Source of the DNA: Candidatus Moraniibacteriota bacterium
GTDB taxonomy: Bacteria; Patescibacteriota; Minisyncoccia; Moranbacterales; UBA2206
Direction: 5' to 3'
Assembly: GCA_030679995.1 (NCBI GenBank)
Contig: JAUXSK010000018.1
Location: forward strand, 41,828-105,827
Length of the DNA stretch: 64,000 bases
Shown here one piece after another: positions 28,172 through 38,195 of this stretch; position 1 is the first letter of the stretch, and each line of letters opens with the position of its first letter. The notes beneath the pieces were generated by a model, which did no database searches, was not told the origin of the DNA, and saw only the letters and a list, made by a program, of their open reading frames with translations. The position numbers and the translations under genes were made by a program.

Positions 28172-29146
28172 TCAAATCTGTTTGTCATCGGAAACTGTCG
28201 TGTTTAATTTCAGGATGAAGTTTATGATGTCCTTGATGACATTCCTGGATTTGCCGTGAGTCGGGTTGTAATGGATATAGATGTCAGGCTTCCCGTTTAT
28301 TTCCAGGATTCCGAATGTCTGAGCGGCAGGATCCTCGGATATATTTTCGCAGATTATGTCGATGCCGGCAAGATAATAGCCGACCGCATCGGCGGCCTTG
28401 ACGCAAATGGAAATAATTTCTTTGTTGATCGAATCCGTGGCATCCCGGGTTTCCCCACCTTCAGCCAGGGAGGAACTTTTTTTGATAGAAACGGCTTCTT
28501 CGGCATCTAGGACGGAATCAAGCGAAAAACCTTGCTCGCGTAAAATTATTTCCAGCGCCCGGTCGATCGGAGTTTTTCGGCGGGTATGCTTCTGTTTTTT
28601 CTGGATGAGGGTGGCTATCGTGGATTTACCATCGCCGATGATTCTCGGCGGAATCATTTCCAGCGCCCCGATAACCTTTTTATCCAGTATGAGGATGCGG
28701 TATTCTTTGCCGAAGATCATTTCCTGGGCGATAAGCGATCTGAAATTCAAAATCTCTTTGATTATGACGGCTTTGGCCTCCTCTGCATTTTTTATGTAAG
28801 GGAAAATACCCTGGCTGTTTGAACCGGCGGAATCTTTGATGATTATGGGGAATTTTAGGTTGTTGAGTTTCTTTTCAACTTCTCCGGGTGTGAAATTTTT
28901 TCTGAAAAAAAAGACCGTAGTCGGCGTGGGAAGCGACTGGCGCCGGAGCAGCGTATAAGTCAGGTCCTTGTACGCCGTTGCGCCAGCGATGCTGATAAAG
29001 TTTTTGGCGATTCTGAATTTTCTTGTGATAAGAAAAGCCTTGCCACCTACGTGGATATAATAACAGCGCCTTTCCGGGATAACTTCTTCGAATGTCCCTC
29101 CCATTTCCTCGACGACTTTCCGGATCAATAAAGTGTTTTTTATCAT
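28172..29146 (-). CDS. ATP-grasp enzyme resembling the N-terminal ATP-grasp domain of cyanophycin synthetase and RimK.
   Basis: FPIIIKDSAGSNSQGIF, IIGDGKSTIATLI and GIDIICENISEDPAAQTFGILEINGKP motifs. Confidence 0.6.
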   Translation of the reverse strand: MIKNTLLIRKVVEEMGGTFEEVIPERRCYYIHVGGKAFLITRKFRIAKNFISIAGATAYKDLTYTLLRRQSLPTPTTVFFFRKNFTPGEVEKKLNNLKFPIIIKDSAGSNSQGIFPYIKNAEEAKAVIIKEILNFRSLIAQEMIFGKEYRILILDKKVIGALEMIPPRIIGDGKSTIATLIQKKQKHTRRKTPIDRALEIILREQGFSLDSVLDAEEAVSIKKSSSLAEGGETRDATDSINKEIISICVKAADAVGYYLAGIDIICENISEDPAAQTFGILEINGKPDIYIHYNPTHGKSRNVIKDIINFILKLNTTVSDDKQI

Positions 29147-30537
29147 TTTTTCACGTCGATTAAAAATTTGTTCAAATTTATCTTCCCGATAATCATCGGA
29201 TATTTCATATGCGATCGGTCGACCAAGGTTATTTTCGTGGGGATGGTTATCGTATCCATAGTGAATTCGATATTGATCATCGGACGGTAGGTGTAGCCAT
29301 TGGATGATTTTACAGGAATGGTGGAAACGATATCCGGAATATCCTTATAAATTTCCCAGCGCTCTTTTTTATCCAATTTCTTCAAATTTTCATAAGGCAT
29401 TTTTAATTTTTCAAATTCATCGATCGTTTTTTCAAAGCCCAGCGTTTTGGCCAGGCTGTCATCGATGGATGACCAGTCGGCGCCCGTGTCGATTTTAGCT
29501 TCCACTTCTATCGTCTTGCCGTCTTTTCCGACCAATTTGATTTTTTCCACGGTGCCGATGACTTTCCGGCCGGAAATTTCCTCGACTTCTTCCTCGATTT
29601 CTCCCCCGAATAGATCCATACCCATCCGCACTCCGCGGGCGATAGTTTTTATTTTGAGGCCGGAAACGCGCCTGAGCCTTTCGGCGAGGCCGGCCAGATT
29701 GGCGACTTGGATGGAAAGTCCCGGGCGGGCATTAAGCTCCAGGATGACTGGGCCGTGATTTTTATCGATAGCCACATCCACGCCTAGGAAGCCCAGATTG
29801 GAAATCTCTTGGGACTTCGAGGCCAGGAGCAGGATATCTTTCCAGTAGGGGATGCGGATGCCGCTGACGGGGAAATTCGTGCCGGGAATTTTTTCAATAA
29901 ATTTATTTTTCCCCTGGATAGCCGTCGTAGTCACTCCGGTGGCCATATCGATTCCGACGCCGACAGCGCCTTGTTGCAGGTTGGCTTTGCCTCCGGATTC
30001 CCGGGTGGGCAGGCGCAACATCGCCATCACTGGGACTTTATTGAAGACGATGACGCGGATATCCGGAATGCCCTTATATGAATAGGGTTTGAATAATTTC
30101 AGAAGCTGCAGGCGCTCTTCAAAAAATGCGATATCCGGCGTGTTGGACAGGGAAAATGAACCGTCCAAAATATTGCGGATGTGGCTGCGCAAATCTTCGA
30201 TAGTGATGAGCGAGCGGTCAGCCTTGACCCATGCGTCATCCCGCCCCTTCTTTTTTCCGTAAACCACGATGATGCCTTCGCCACCAAAACCGCGATTAGG
30301 CTTCAGAGCGAAACTTGAAGGAAGGGATTGCCAATCGAAATTTTCCAAATCTTCGATAGTTTTGATTTTGGCGATCAAGCTCGGCACGGCTATGCCGCTT
30401 TTTTTCAGGACTCGCTTGCTGAGTAACTTGTCGTCAGCCAGCCGTTTGGCCCGAAGCCGATTATACGGGCGAATGAACTCAAGATTTCTTGAGTTCATAC
30501 CGAGAAGCTTTTGGCTGTTTTTGAAAAATTCAAACAT
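29143..30537 (-). CDS. Fusion of an ATP-grasp ligase (alpha-L-glutamate-ligase-related) to a C-terminal retropepsin-like aspartyl-peptidase domain (Pfam 'Zn_protease').
   Basis: N-terminal FALKPNRGFGGEGIIVV...GKANLQQGAVGVGID...ILELNARPG, and C-terminal AKIDTGADWSSID (a DTGA aspartic-protease signature). Confidence 0.65.
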   Translation of the reverse strand: MFEFFKNSQKLLGMNSRNLEFIRPYNRLRAKRLADDKLLSKRVLKKSGIAVPSLIAKIKTIEDLENFDWQSLPSSFALKPNRGFGGEGIIVVYGKKKGRDDAWVKADRSLITIEDLRSHIRNILDGSFSLSNTPDIAFFEERLQLLKLFKPYSYKGIPDIRVIVFNKVPVMAMLRLPTRESGGKANLQQGAVGVGIDMATGVTTTAIQGKNKFIEKIPGTNFPVSGIRIPYWKDILLLASKSQEISNLGFLGVDVAIDKNHGPVILELNARPGLSIQVANLAGLAERLRRVSGLKIKTIARGVRMGMDLFGGEIEEEVEEISGRKVIGTVEKIKLVGKDGKTIEVEAKIDTGADWSSIDDSLAKTLGFEKTIDEFEKLKMPYENLKKLDKKERWEIYKDIPDIVSTIPVKSSNGYTYRPMINIEFTMDTITIPTKITLVDRSHMKYPMIIGKINLNKFLIDVKK

Positions 30538-30540
30538 CGG

Positions 30541-31200
30541 CTAGAGTTTTTTAATAATATCTTTGAAACGGATATATTCGCTCACCCGCAATCCGGTCCA
30601 GCGGCCGATCATAACATTAAAGGGTATGGTGAATAGGATGACCCAGGGATAGGCGACCAAGAGTTTTATCAATGCTCCCCAACTGGCGATATAAAAGCCT
30701 GCTACGGAAATGACCAGGGTTTCAAACGCCAAGATGAGCGCGGTCTTATTGCCTTTTTCAATTTGCACGGCGACGAATTTTTCTACCAGCGTGATCATAA
30801 TCAAAATAGGGAAAATTGAAACGGAAGCCAGTCCGGTCCTGCGCAGGTTGCCGCCGAAAACAAGCAACAATAGGATTAAAACGGCAACGACGGTCAACAT
30901 TATGGCGACACGGGGAAGGTAGAGGAGCCGGAAGGGCTTGAGGATGAAGCGCATCAGCATCCCGATGAAAATGACCGCTAAAAAAATCGCCACGCCATAA
31001 CGCAATCCGTTAGTAGCCAGGAAGGCGAAGGTGATGATAAGGGGCGTGTAGATGCCAAAAGCTTTGATACCGACGACTTGGCGCAAGAAAGCGATCAAAG
31101 TCGCGATAATCGGCAACATCAGGATTAAGATGATCGTTTCAAAAGGCACGCCTTCGATAAGGAAAAAACGGATTATGGGGCTGATGTTCAAGTCCATCAA
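30541..31200 (-). CDS. 7TM membrane protein, first gene of the ATP-grasp cassette. It may be related to the 7TM modules linked to RimK-like ligases.
   Basis: Seven predicted hydrophobic helices in 219 aa. It is spaced 4 nt from the next gene on the same strand. Confidence 0.5.
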   Translation of the reverse strand: MMDLNISPIIRFFLIEGVPFETIILILMLPIIATLIAFLRQVVGIKAFGIYTPLIITFAFLATNGLRYGVAIFLAVIFIGMLMRFILKPFRLLYLPRVAIMLTVVAVLILLLLVFGGNLRRTGLASVSIFPILIMITLVEKFVAVQIEKGNKTALILAFETLVISVAGFYIASWGALIKLLVAYPWVILFTIPFNVMIGRWTGLRVSEYIRFKDIIKKL

Positions 31201-31287
31201 GTTTTTAAGTTTTTAAGTTTTTAATTTTTTAAATGATGTTCGGAGAACATCATTGCTGAAATTAAAAATCAAAAATTCGTTTAAAAA
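31201..31287. repeat. AT-rich intergenic element with (GTTTTTAA)x3 direct repeats and a palindrome.
   Basis: AAGTTTTTAAGTTTTTAAGTTTTTAATTTTTTAAATGATGTTCGGAGAACATCATT...AAAAATTAAAAATT. Confidence 0.5.
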
Positions 31288-31806
31288 TTAAAAATTGTTA
31301 ACTTTCCGGCTGTTTATGTGGCAAATGGCGATCGCTAAGGCGTCAGCCGTATCATCCGGCTTAGGCACGGCTTTCAGGCCTAAAATGCTTTTAACCATCA
31401 GCTGGACCTGCTTCTTTTCCGCTTTGCCGTAGCCTGTGACGGCTTGCTTCACTTGCAGTGGCGTGTAGCTAGCTATCTTGACACCTTTTTGCTCTAGTGT
31501 CAAGAGGATGCCGCCTCTGGATTGCCCGACACTGATGATAGTCTTTTTATTTTTGAAAAAGAATAGCTGTTCCACGGCCGCTTCGCGGGGATGGTATTTT
31601 TCAATGATATTGACAAGATCTTCGGATATCTCAGCCAAGCGGTTTTCCTCTGAATTGTTTTTGGGGGTGGAAATATGCCCGAAAGCCACCGGAACAAGAA
31701 TTCCGGCATTTTCTTCAATAATAGCCCAGCCGACCGTCGCCGTGCCTGGATCTATGCCCAAAACGCGTAACGGATGGCTTATGATTTGTTTTTTAGCTCC
31801 CCCCAT
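31288..31806 (-). CDS. ruvC: Holliday junction resolvase RuvC.
   Basis: LGIDPGTATVGWAII N-terminal RNase H-fold motif, 172 aa. Confidence 0.85.
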   Translation of the reverse strand: MGGAKKQIISHPLRVLGIDPGTATVGWAIIEENAGILVPVAFGHISTPKNNSEENRLAEISEDLVNIIEKYHPREAAVEQLFFFKNKKTIISVGQSRGGILLTLEQKGVKIASYTPLQVKQAVTGYGKAEKKQVQLMVKSILGLKAVPKPDDTADALAIAICHINSRKVNNF

Positions 31807-31811
31807 TTTTA

Positions 31812-32534
31812 TTATTCCAAGTTATCAAAAATTTCTTGGACATCATCTTGGTCGTCCAAGGTTTCCAAAAGTTTTTCATAATCAAGTTGGTCATCGGCTG
31901 AAAGGGTGGTTTTTTGCAAGGAAATATAGGATAAACCGGCATCCTCTATCTTGAGGCCGGCCTTCTCCAAATTTTCTTGTACGGTTTTCAAATTTTCCGG
32001 TGCCGTATAGACGGTCAAGATGTTGTCCGAGTAGGCGGTGTCTTCCGCTCCGGCATCGATGGCCTTTTCTTCCAATTCGTAGGGATCAGCACCTTCGGCA
32101 AGGGCTAAATTGATGTTGCCGACTTTTTTGAAATTCCACATCACGCTGCCCATTTCGCCAAGCTTTCCGCCGTTTTTAGTGAAGATGCTCTTGATTTCGC
32201 TGACAGTGCGGTTCCTATTGTCGGTGGCGGTCTTGATTAACATCATAACGTTGCCCGGCCCCATACCTTCATAAGTTATCTCGACGATTTCCGTGCCGTC
32301 CTTAAGCTCGCCGGTACCTTTCTTGATAGCGCGCTCGATGTTTTCCCGCGGCATATTATCCAAGCGCGCCCGGTCGATCGTCAGCCGTAATTGGAAATTG
32401 GTTTCCTGGCTGCCGCCTCCATCGCGCGCGGCGATCGTGATCATCGTAGCGTGTTTGGTAAAAACCTTGCCTTTCTTGGCGTCATTCAATCCCTTTTTAT
32501 GTTTTATTCCGGCCCAATGCGAATGTCCTGACAT
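31812..32534 (-). CDS. yebC: YebC/PmpR-family transcriptional regulator.
   Basis: N-terminal MSGHSHWAGIKHKKG signature. Confidence 0.9.
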   Translation of the reverse strand: MSGHSHWAGIKHKKGLNDAKKGKVFTKHATMITIAARDGGGSQETNFQLRLTIDRARLDNMPRENIERAIKKGTGELKDGTEIVEITYEGMGPGNVMMLIKTATDNRNRTVSEIKSIFTKNGGKLGEMGSVMWNFKKVGNINLALAEGADPYELEEKAIDAGAEDTAYSDNILTVYTAPENLKTVQENLEKAGLKIEDAGLSYISLQKTTLSADDQLDYEKLLETLDDQDDVQEIFDNLE

Positions 32535-32615
32535 ATATTTATCTTAAGATTTAATAGACCGCGAGCGAGACATTTATAATACAATGGTAGCACCCTGAAA
32601 TTTTAATTTCAAGAA

Positions 32616-33359
32616 TCATTGGATTTCCTTACCGTTATTCCAGGCCATTTCAAAAAGCGGACGGATGGAGGCGGCGAGTTCTTCCGATTCGATGACTACG
32701 ATGAAAGGCTTGTCTTCAAGGGAGGTGATGGCAAGCTTGTTTTCGCATAAAGAAAAATCCATATTAAAAGCGAGTATTTCAGGCAAATAGCGCGCTTGCT
32801 GGCCGTTCGCGGAAAGTTGTCTGGCGGCTTGCAATTCAAAGGGGCTGTTCGGAACCAGATGCTTGCCTTTGACTGATATGAGTTTTTTGTGGTAATCATG
32901 CAACCATTTCTCAAGAGAACCTGGAAAATATTTATCGATTTTTTCATAGGAGGATATAAAAAAAGCTTCCGAGGCGAGATTGAAAGATTCATAAACTTTC
33001 CAGATGCCCTCTTTGGTTTCATGGTAGGTTATTTTCGGCCGTTTTGTGCCTTTGTTGTGCAGGGTCCGGAAAATCGGAAGCATTTCGGAAAAATTTTTAG
33101 CGGTGTCTTTGAGTTGGAATAAAATAAGGGAGGGATCCGTAGCCTGGAAGACACTGATTTTTTTCCCGGGCAGTTCGCTGGCATAACCGCGCTTGATCAA
33201 ACCTTCCAAAATCACATAGATAATCGAGCGTTTCAATTTCGTAGCCTTGGCAATTTCCGTGACAGTGCCTTGGCTCAACTCCAAAAGCGCCAAATATACT
33301 TCGGCCTCTTTTTGGGTGAATCCCGTTTGTTCCAATAAATTTAGCAGGCCTTGATCCAT
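32616..33359 (-). CDS. TrmB-family HTH transcriptional regulator.
   Basis: N-terminal winged helix TQKEAEVYLALLELSQGTVTEIAKATKLKRSIIYVILEGL. It is a paralogue of the gene at 63115-63864. Confidence 0.6.
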   Translation of the reverse strand: MDQGLLNLLEQTGFTQKEAEVYLALLELSQGTVTEIAKATKLKRSIIYVILEGLIKRGYASELPGKKISVFQATDPSLILFQLKDTAKNFSEMLPIFRTLHNKGTKRPKITYHETKEGIWKVYESFNLASEAFFISSYEKIDKYFPGSLEKWLHDYHKKLISVKGKHLVPNSPFELQAARQLSANGQQARYLPEILAFNMDFSLCENKLAITSLEDKPFIVVIESEELAASIRPLFEMAWNNGKEIQ

Positions 33360-33545
33360 ATAAAGAGCGTAACATAAGGGTATATTTTGTCAATATTTTT
33401 GATAAAAAAATAATAAACTGCCAATTTTAAGCCAAAAATAGGTTAATATTAAAACTAAACCATTGATAAATTAATAATTTTGCATTAACATTAAGCGTTG
33501 TTTTAATGGAAAGTTGTTTAAAAATTAAACACAGAGGACGCAATT

Positions 33546-33764
33546 ATGTCGAAGCTAGAAAAATATCGAAAGTACGTGAATATATTGCCAGTCGTAGCGG
33601 CAGCAATTATAGTCGCGGTATGTTGCAAAAGAATTTGGTTGGACGGATCTAGTCCTATGCCAAGTATCTTGGATGTAGTGGAATTGCTTTTTGCCGGGTG
33701 TTGTTGTATAGGCTGGTTTTATCTTTTGGAAAAACTGAATCCTATTGAAGAGGAAATAAAATGA
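33546..33764 (+). CDS. Small two-TM membrane protein.
   Basis: AGAGGA Shine-Dalgarno 7 nt upstream. The ATGA overlap with the next ORF suggests translational coupling. Confidence 0.35.
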   Translation: MSKLEKYRKYVNILPVVAAAIIVAVCCKRIWLDGSSPMPSILDVVELLFAGCCCIGWFYLLEKLNPIEEEIK

Positions 33765-34165
33765 AAAAATTTCTGGCGAGTTTATGGCAGGAAATAGGCA
33801 AGCCAATATTGATTGGAAGTTTAGCACTATTGCTAATCGGAGGCTTGATAACTCATTGTGAGCCGGAAATATCAAAAGAGGAACAAATCAGGCATCAGCT
33901 GAAATATTTTCAAGGCAAGACCTATGACTTGGCGGAAAATGAGCCAGGGGAAAAGTTTTTTTTCCAAGTCGAATTGCAAGAAATTGCGGAGCTTAAGATG
34001 AAACAGATTCTTGTGCGGAGAGCGAGTGATGATATGCTATTTTGCGCCCTAGCTCTGATTGACGCGAAATTCAAAGCGGGCGCGGAAGTAAAATATATGT
34101 TTTTCAGAGGAAGAAAAAACTCTTTCGGTCTTCTTAATGAGTTTGCGGTCGCCATCCCTAAATGA
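33761..34165 (+). CDS. Hypothetical exported or membrane-anchored protein.
   Basis: N-terminal hydrophobic segment. It is coupled to the upstream small ORF. Confidence 0.35.
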   Translation: MKKFLASLWQEIGKPILIGSLALLLIGGLITHCEPEISKEEQIRHQLKYFQGKTYDLAENEPGEKFFFQVELQEIAELKMKQILVRRASDDMLFCALALIDAKFKAGAEVKYMFFRGRKNSFGLLNEFAVAIPK

Positions 34166-34227
34166 TGGCGAGAGAAGGCTTGTTCAAAAGGCCCCGATCC
34201 TGAAGCAGGAGCGGGGCCGTTGATTTT

Positions 34228-36222
34228 TTATAAGGCCAGGGTGATTTTGTTTAGAAAAGAACTTATTTTTATATTCAGGTTTTCCAGCAATGTGATAGCC
34301 CAGTGTTTGCGCGCGGGAAAATTTTCAAAAGCATAATCGGGTTGCAAGCGCGGGTTTTCCCCGGCGAAGGCTTGGGCGGTGCTGATGTGAAGGCCGAAAT
34401 TGATGAAGGAAAACCTGGTTTTTTGTCTGTTTTCCCAATCGGGCGAAGGCGATGATTGGCCGAGATCCTTCGCGGTTTCCGGAGTGGGAAGAATTTCTTC
34501 TTGGATTTTTTCTTCGACGATTCCAGTCGCCGTATTATTTTCCGCGGGAGTCGCCAAGGGGCTTGGCTCTTTTTCGGCCGGCGTTATGACGGCTGGGATG
34601 TTCCATTTCCAGCCGGACTTGGTTTTTACATAGGTCGCGCCTTCGGCGACGGATTTCTTTTTGTCGCCATAGCTGACGTGCGAAGCGGTTTTACCGTTCG
34701 GATAGCGCAGTTCTATTTTTCCTTTGGTATTCGGCAAAGTGAATTTCGAAACGGCATAGGTGATTTTGGCGGCTTTACCGTCTTTTATGAAAAAATCTTC
34801 CGTAATCGGATGATTGGATAATGTCTTTGTTCCGCTGGCGATGCTCCAATTTTTAAGGTTGATTTTCTTTTTAGTGTTATTTTTAATATTCAAAAATTCC
34901 GCGCCGGTATCGGCTCCGTCCGGATTAGGCGAGAGGCTGATTATTTTGACATCCAGCTTGGGAAATTTTTCCACTTCGATTTTGAAAGTGTCGATTTTGT
35001 CCTCGCTGCCATCAGAAACTTTTAGCGTCACTTTATATTCGCCGGTCTTTTCATATTTGTGGCGGGTTTTTTGCAAATAACTCTTGTGTCCGTCGCCGAA
35101 ATCCCAAGTATATTTCAAATTATCTTTATCTTTATCAGAGCCTTTGGCGGAAAATTCGGCATAAGTATTCACATAAACTTTTTCCGGAACTTCATCTTTG
35201 ACTTGGGGAAAGTTGTTGAAAATATTTTCCGCGCCCGGTGTTAAAAATTTACTCCAGCGCCAATTTTTTCCGTCGAAGTTGTAGGAAATATTTTGTTTAG
35301 CGCTTTTGTAATCGATCGTGGAAATTGTTTTTCCATCCGGGGAATAAAGCGTGACCGATTCCGAACCGGAATTGTTCAGGGCGAACTTGAAATCCTTTTT
35401 ATGAATTACAAGATAGCTTTGTGATTCTAAAGATGTGTTTTTGGGAAAAACATACTTTCCGCTCTTGGAGGCATCATGCAATATCCAGCCGGAAAGATCG
35501 ATTGGCAGTTCTTCCGGATTGTATAATTCGATGAATTCTTCACCGTCGGTTGAGGGATAGGGAAGCAGCTCGTTCAGAGTCAGTTTTTCTGAGTATGCTT
35601 CAGATTCTTCGGGCGGTGAGGTGACCTCCACATCTTGACCGGTAAAATTTTCTATTCCAGGGGTTCCATTATTAACGTAGCTTTCTTGCCAAATATCGTC
35701 GTCTAAATCGAATTCCAAGGTTTTTTTATTTCCATTGGCCCCCATCGTTTTGTCATAAGAAGTGCCAGCCGACCATGTCTTGCAACGATCAAAACTGATT
35801 TTTATTCCAGCCTGTGTATTATTTAGATTTAAGACCGAATCTGATAATGTTCCTGCATAATCAGGATGATCATTTATAAAATCATTTTTATTATCCGCGA
35901 TTATAACATATTCTTTCGAGGCCATATTTAAATCAGAATCAAACGTATGGCAGGTGTTTTTTAATTTTCCGTTAGCATCGCGTTCTTCTTTTTCATCGAT
36001 AAGCCCTAATGAATTTTTCGGAATATTTATTTTCGAACCGGACGCGTTAAAAATTTCAATCCATTCCCTCCCGGTATCGCTGCCATCAAGGTCGTACATT
36101 ATTTCGGTGATAATCAGATCGGCAGAAATTTCATCGGCGGAAAGTTTTTCTGAAAGAATAAAAAACCCTGTCAATAAACAGGGTAAAAAAGCGGCCAGAT
36201 AGATTTTGCGTTTGTTTTTCAC
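34228..36222 (-). CDS. Secreted protein with three lamin-tail domains (LTD) and a PKD domain.
   Basis: LIITEIMYDLDGSDTGREWIEIFN, LNELLPYPSTDGEEFIELYNPEELPIDLSGW and IISLSPNPDGADTGAEFLNIKN are LTD motifs. YTWDFGDGH...YKVTLKVSDG is a PKD domain. An N-terminal signal peptide is present. Confidence 0.6.
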   Translation of the reverse strand: MKNKRKIYLAAFLPCLLTGFFILSEKLSADEISADLIITEIMYDLDGSDTGREWIEIFNASGSKINIPKNSLGLIDEKEERDANGKLKNTCHTFDSDLNMASKEYVIIADNKNDFINDHPDYAGTLSDSVLNLNNTQAGIKISFDRCKTWSAGTSYDKTMGANGNKKTLEFDLDDDIWQESYVNNGTPGIENFTGQDVEVTSPPEESEAYSEKLTLNELLPYPSTDGEEFIELYNPEELPIDLSGWILHDASKSGKYVFPKNTSLESQSYLVIHKKDFKFALNNSGSESVTLYSPDGKTISTIDYKSAKQNISYNFDGKNWRWSKFLTPGAENIFNNFPQVKDEVPEKVYVNTYAEFSAKGSDKDKDNLKYTWDFGDGHKSYLQKTRHKYEKTGEYKVTLKVSDGSEDKIDTFKIEVEKFPKLDVKIISLSPNPDGADTGAEFLNIKNNTKKKINLKNWSIASGTKTLSNHPITEDFFIKDGKAAKITYAVSKFTLPNTKGKIELRYPNGKTASHVSYGDKKKSVAEGATYVKTKSGWKWNIPAVITPAEKEPSPLATPAENNTATGIVEEKIQEEILPTPETAKDLGQSSPSPDWENRQKTRFSFINFGLHISTAQAFAGENPRLQPDYAFENFPARKHWAITLLENLNIKISSFLNKITLAL

Positions 36223-36261
36223 CCGGATTGGTTGTTTTTTTGTTCAAGATCGATAATCGGA

Positions 36262-36864
36262 CTATTTGGCGGTCTTTTTTTCAAGCGCGGTCCTGATCGC
36301 TTCGGCTTCCGTTCTGGCTTTTGCGTCCCCGGTTTGTTTTTCGCTTGATTTTTCCAGATTCATAATGATATTTTTCAAAGCATACGGGTCGGCTACTTTT
36401 TCAAAAAGGAATTTTTCCTGTTCGGCCGCAGTCTGGATTTGGACATCGCCGTAATTAAGGAAAGTCGGAATAATGCCCAGGACCTCGGCGGAAACATCTT
36501 GGATCTTGTCCAGTTCGACTTCGCTGACCTCGCGCGAAAAAAGTCCGCGCTGGGTGATATTGACGATTCTTTTGCTGGTTATGATCCAAACATCGAAATA
36601 GTAATCGATCCAAACCAGGAAAAACATAATCCAGATCAGCATCGCGAAAAGGCTTTCAAAAAAAACAAGCAGTCGCTGATAATCCGCGTCCGCCAGGATG
36701 GGGAAAAGGGCTGGCAAAATAGCATAGCTGCCGAACAATAGCAGGAGCATCGTGAAAATCAAAAATAAATTTTGCAGGATATTGAACCAATGCCGGTGGA
36801 TAACGGTGATCATTTCTTCATCTTCCCGCTTATCGGAAAAATGATATGGATTTGAATTAAGCAT
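36262..36864 (-). CDS. Membrane protein with a bacterial PH-like (bPH_2/DUF304-type) domain.
   Basis: Two N-terminal TM helices, then WIITSKRIVNITQRGLFSREVSEVELDKIQDV...YGDVQIQTAAE. Confidence 0.5.
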   Translation of the reverse strand: MLNSNPYHFSDKREDEEMITVIHRHWFNILQNLFLIFTMLLLLFGSYAILPALFPILADADYQRLLVFFESLFAMLIWIMFFLVWIDYYFDVWIITSKRIVNITQRGLFSREVSEVELDKIQDVSAEVLGIIPTFLNYGDVQIQTAAEQEKFLFEKVADPYALKNIIMNLEKSSEKQTGDAKARTEAEAIRTALEKKTAK

Positions 36865-36873
36865 ACGTTTCGG

Positions 36874-37098
36874 TTAGAAGGTTAGTTTATAAAATAATGA
36901 ATTCCAGTCAATCGAGAAAAACAGCAGGAGATTGGAGAACAAAAGTCCGGCAGACACGGCTATGAACAGGAGCAGGACGATGGTTTTTATTTCCGAAGCC
37001 GTGGAATATTTGACCAGATGATATGCGATAAAAAGAGAAGCGAGCGTGTATATGGACACCAGGATCAGATATAGGATCAAGACAAAGAGAGAAAACAT
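36874..37098 (-). CDS. Small two-TM membrane protein.
   Basis: 74 aa, entirely hydrophobic, upstream of the PH-domain gene on the same strand. Confidence 0.3.
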   Translation of the reverse strand: MFSLFVLILYLILVSIYTLASLFIAYHLVKYSTASEIKTIVLLLFIAVSAGLLFSNLLLFFSIDWNSLFYKLTF

Positions 37099-37106
37099 CG
37101 TGTTAG

Positions 37107-38195
37107 TCAGATTAATTTGTTAGCGTTTGAATATTTTATGCCCAGGTGGTTGTAGGCGTGCTCGGTCACCATGCGGCCGCGCGGAGTCCTGGTCATAAAG
37201 CCGATTTGCAAGAGATAGGGTTCGTAGACATCCTCGATCGTCTTTATTTCTTCGCTGGTTGCCGCGGCGATCGTGCTCAGGCCGACCGGTCCGCCGTTGA
37301 ATTTTTCGATAATGGTGCGCAAGATGTGGCGGTCGGCCGGTTCCAACCCGATCGGGTCGACGTCGATCATTTCCAGGGCTTCCTGCGCGATGGCGCTGTC
37401 CACGAATGGGTGGTTTTTGATCTGTGAAAAGTCGCGTACGCGTTTCAAAAGCCGGTTGGCGACGCGCGGGGTTTGGCGGGCGCAACTGGCGATTTTGGCT
37501 AGTCCGGTGTCGTGGATATCCACGCCTAGGATCCGGCTGGATCTTTTGATGATATCCTTCACTTCCTCGTTTCCATAGAATTCCAACCGGTAGGTAGCGC
37601 CGAAACGGTTACGCAACGGATTGGTGAGTGATCCAAGTTTGGTCGTGGCGCCGATAAGGGTGAATTTAGGCAGATCCAACTGGATGGTGCGGGCCGAGGG
37701 GCCTTTGCCGATGATGATATCCAATTTGAAATCTTCCATCGCCGGATAGAGGATTTCTTCGATGGATTTATTGAGCCGGTGGATTTCATCGATAAATAGG
37801 ATATCGCCATCTTGCAAATTAGTCAGGATCGAACCGAAATCGCCGACGCGCTCGATGGCCGGGCCGGAAGTGGTCTTAATGTTGACGCCCATTTCTTTGG
37901 CGATGATGTTGGCCAGAGTCGTTTTGCCTAGTCCAGCCGGGCCGTATAGCAGGATGTGTTCGATAGGCTCTTTACGTTTTTTGGCGGCGCGAAGCAGGAA
38001 ATCCAGATTTTTTTTGACTTTCTCCTGGCCGATATATTCGGAAAAACTCTGGGGACGCAAGGTGTTATCCAGATTATTGTCTTCAACGGTTGCTTTCGGC
38101 TGGGTAGCGGAGGCCAGATCATTGAATTGTTCGGATGAATCGACTAACACAAGTAGTTTTAAATTTTCAATTTTAAATTTAAAATGAAATCCCAA
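37107..38195 (-). CDS. ruvB: Holliday junction helicase RuvB. Its N-terminal ~25 codons are encoded by AT-rich repeat sequence, so the true start may be further downstream.
   Basis: Walker [15 protein letters not shown], Walker [11 protein letters not shown] and sensor motifs. Confidence 0.9.
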   Translation of the reverse strand: MGFHFKFKIENLKLLVLVDSSEQFNDLASATQPKATVEDNNLDNTLRPQSFSEYIGQEKVKKNLDFLLRAAKKRKEPIEHILLYGPAGLGKTTLANIIAKEMGVNIKTTSGPAIERVGDFGSILTNLQDGDILFIDEIHRLNKSIEEILYPAMEDFKLDIIIGKGPSARTIQLDLPKFTLIGATTKLGSLTNPLRNRFGATYRLEFYGNEEVKDIIKRSSRILGVDIHDTGLAKIASCARQTPRVANRLLKRVRDFSQIKNHPFVDSAIAQEALEMIDVDPIGLEPADRHILRTIIEKFNGGPVGLSTIAAATSEEIKTIEDVYEPYLLQIGFMTRTPRGRMVTEHAYNHLGIKYSNANKLI

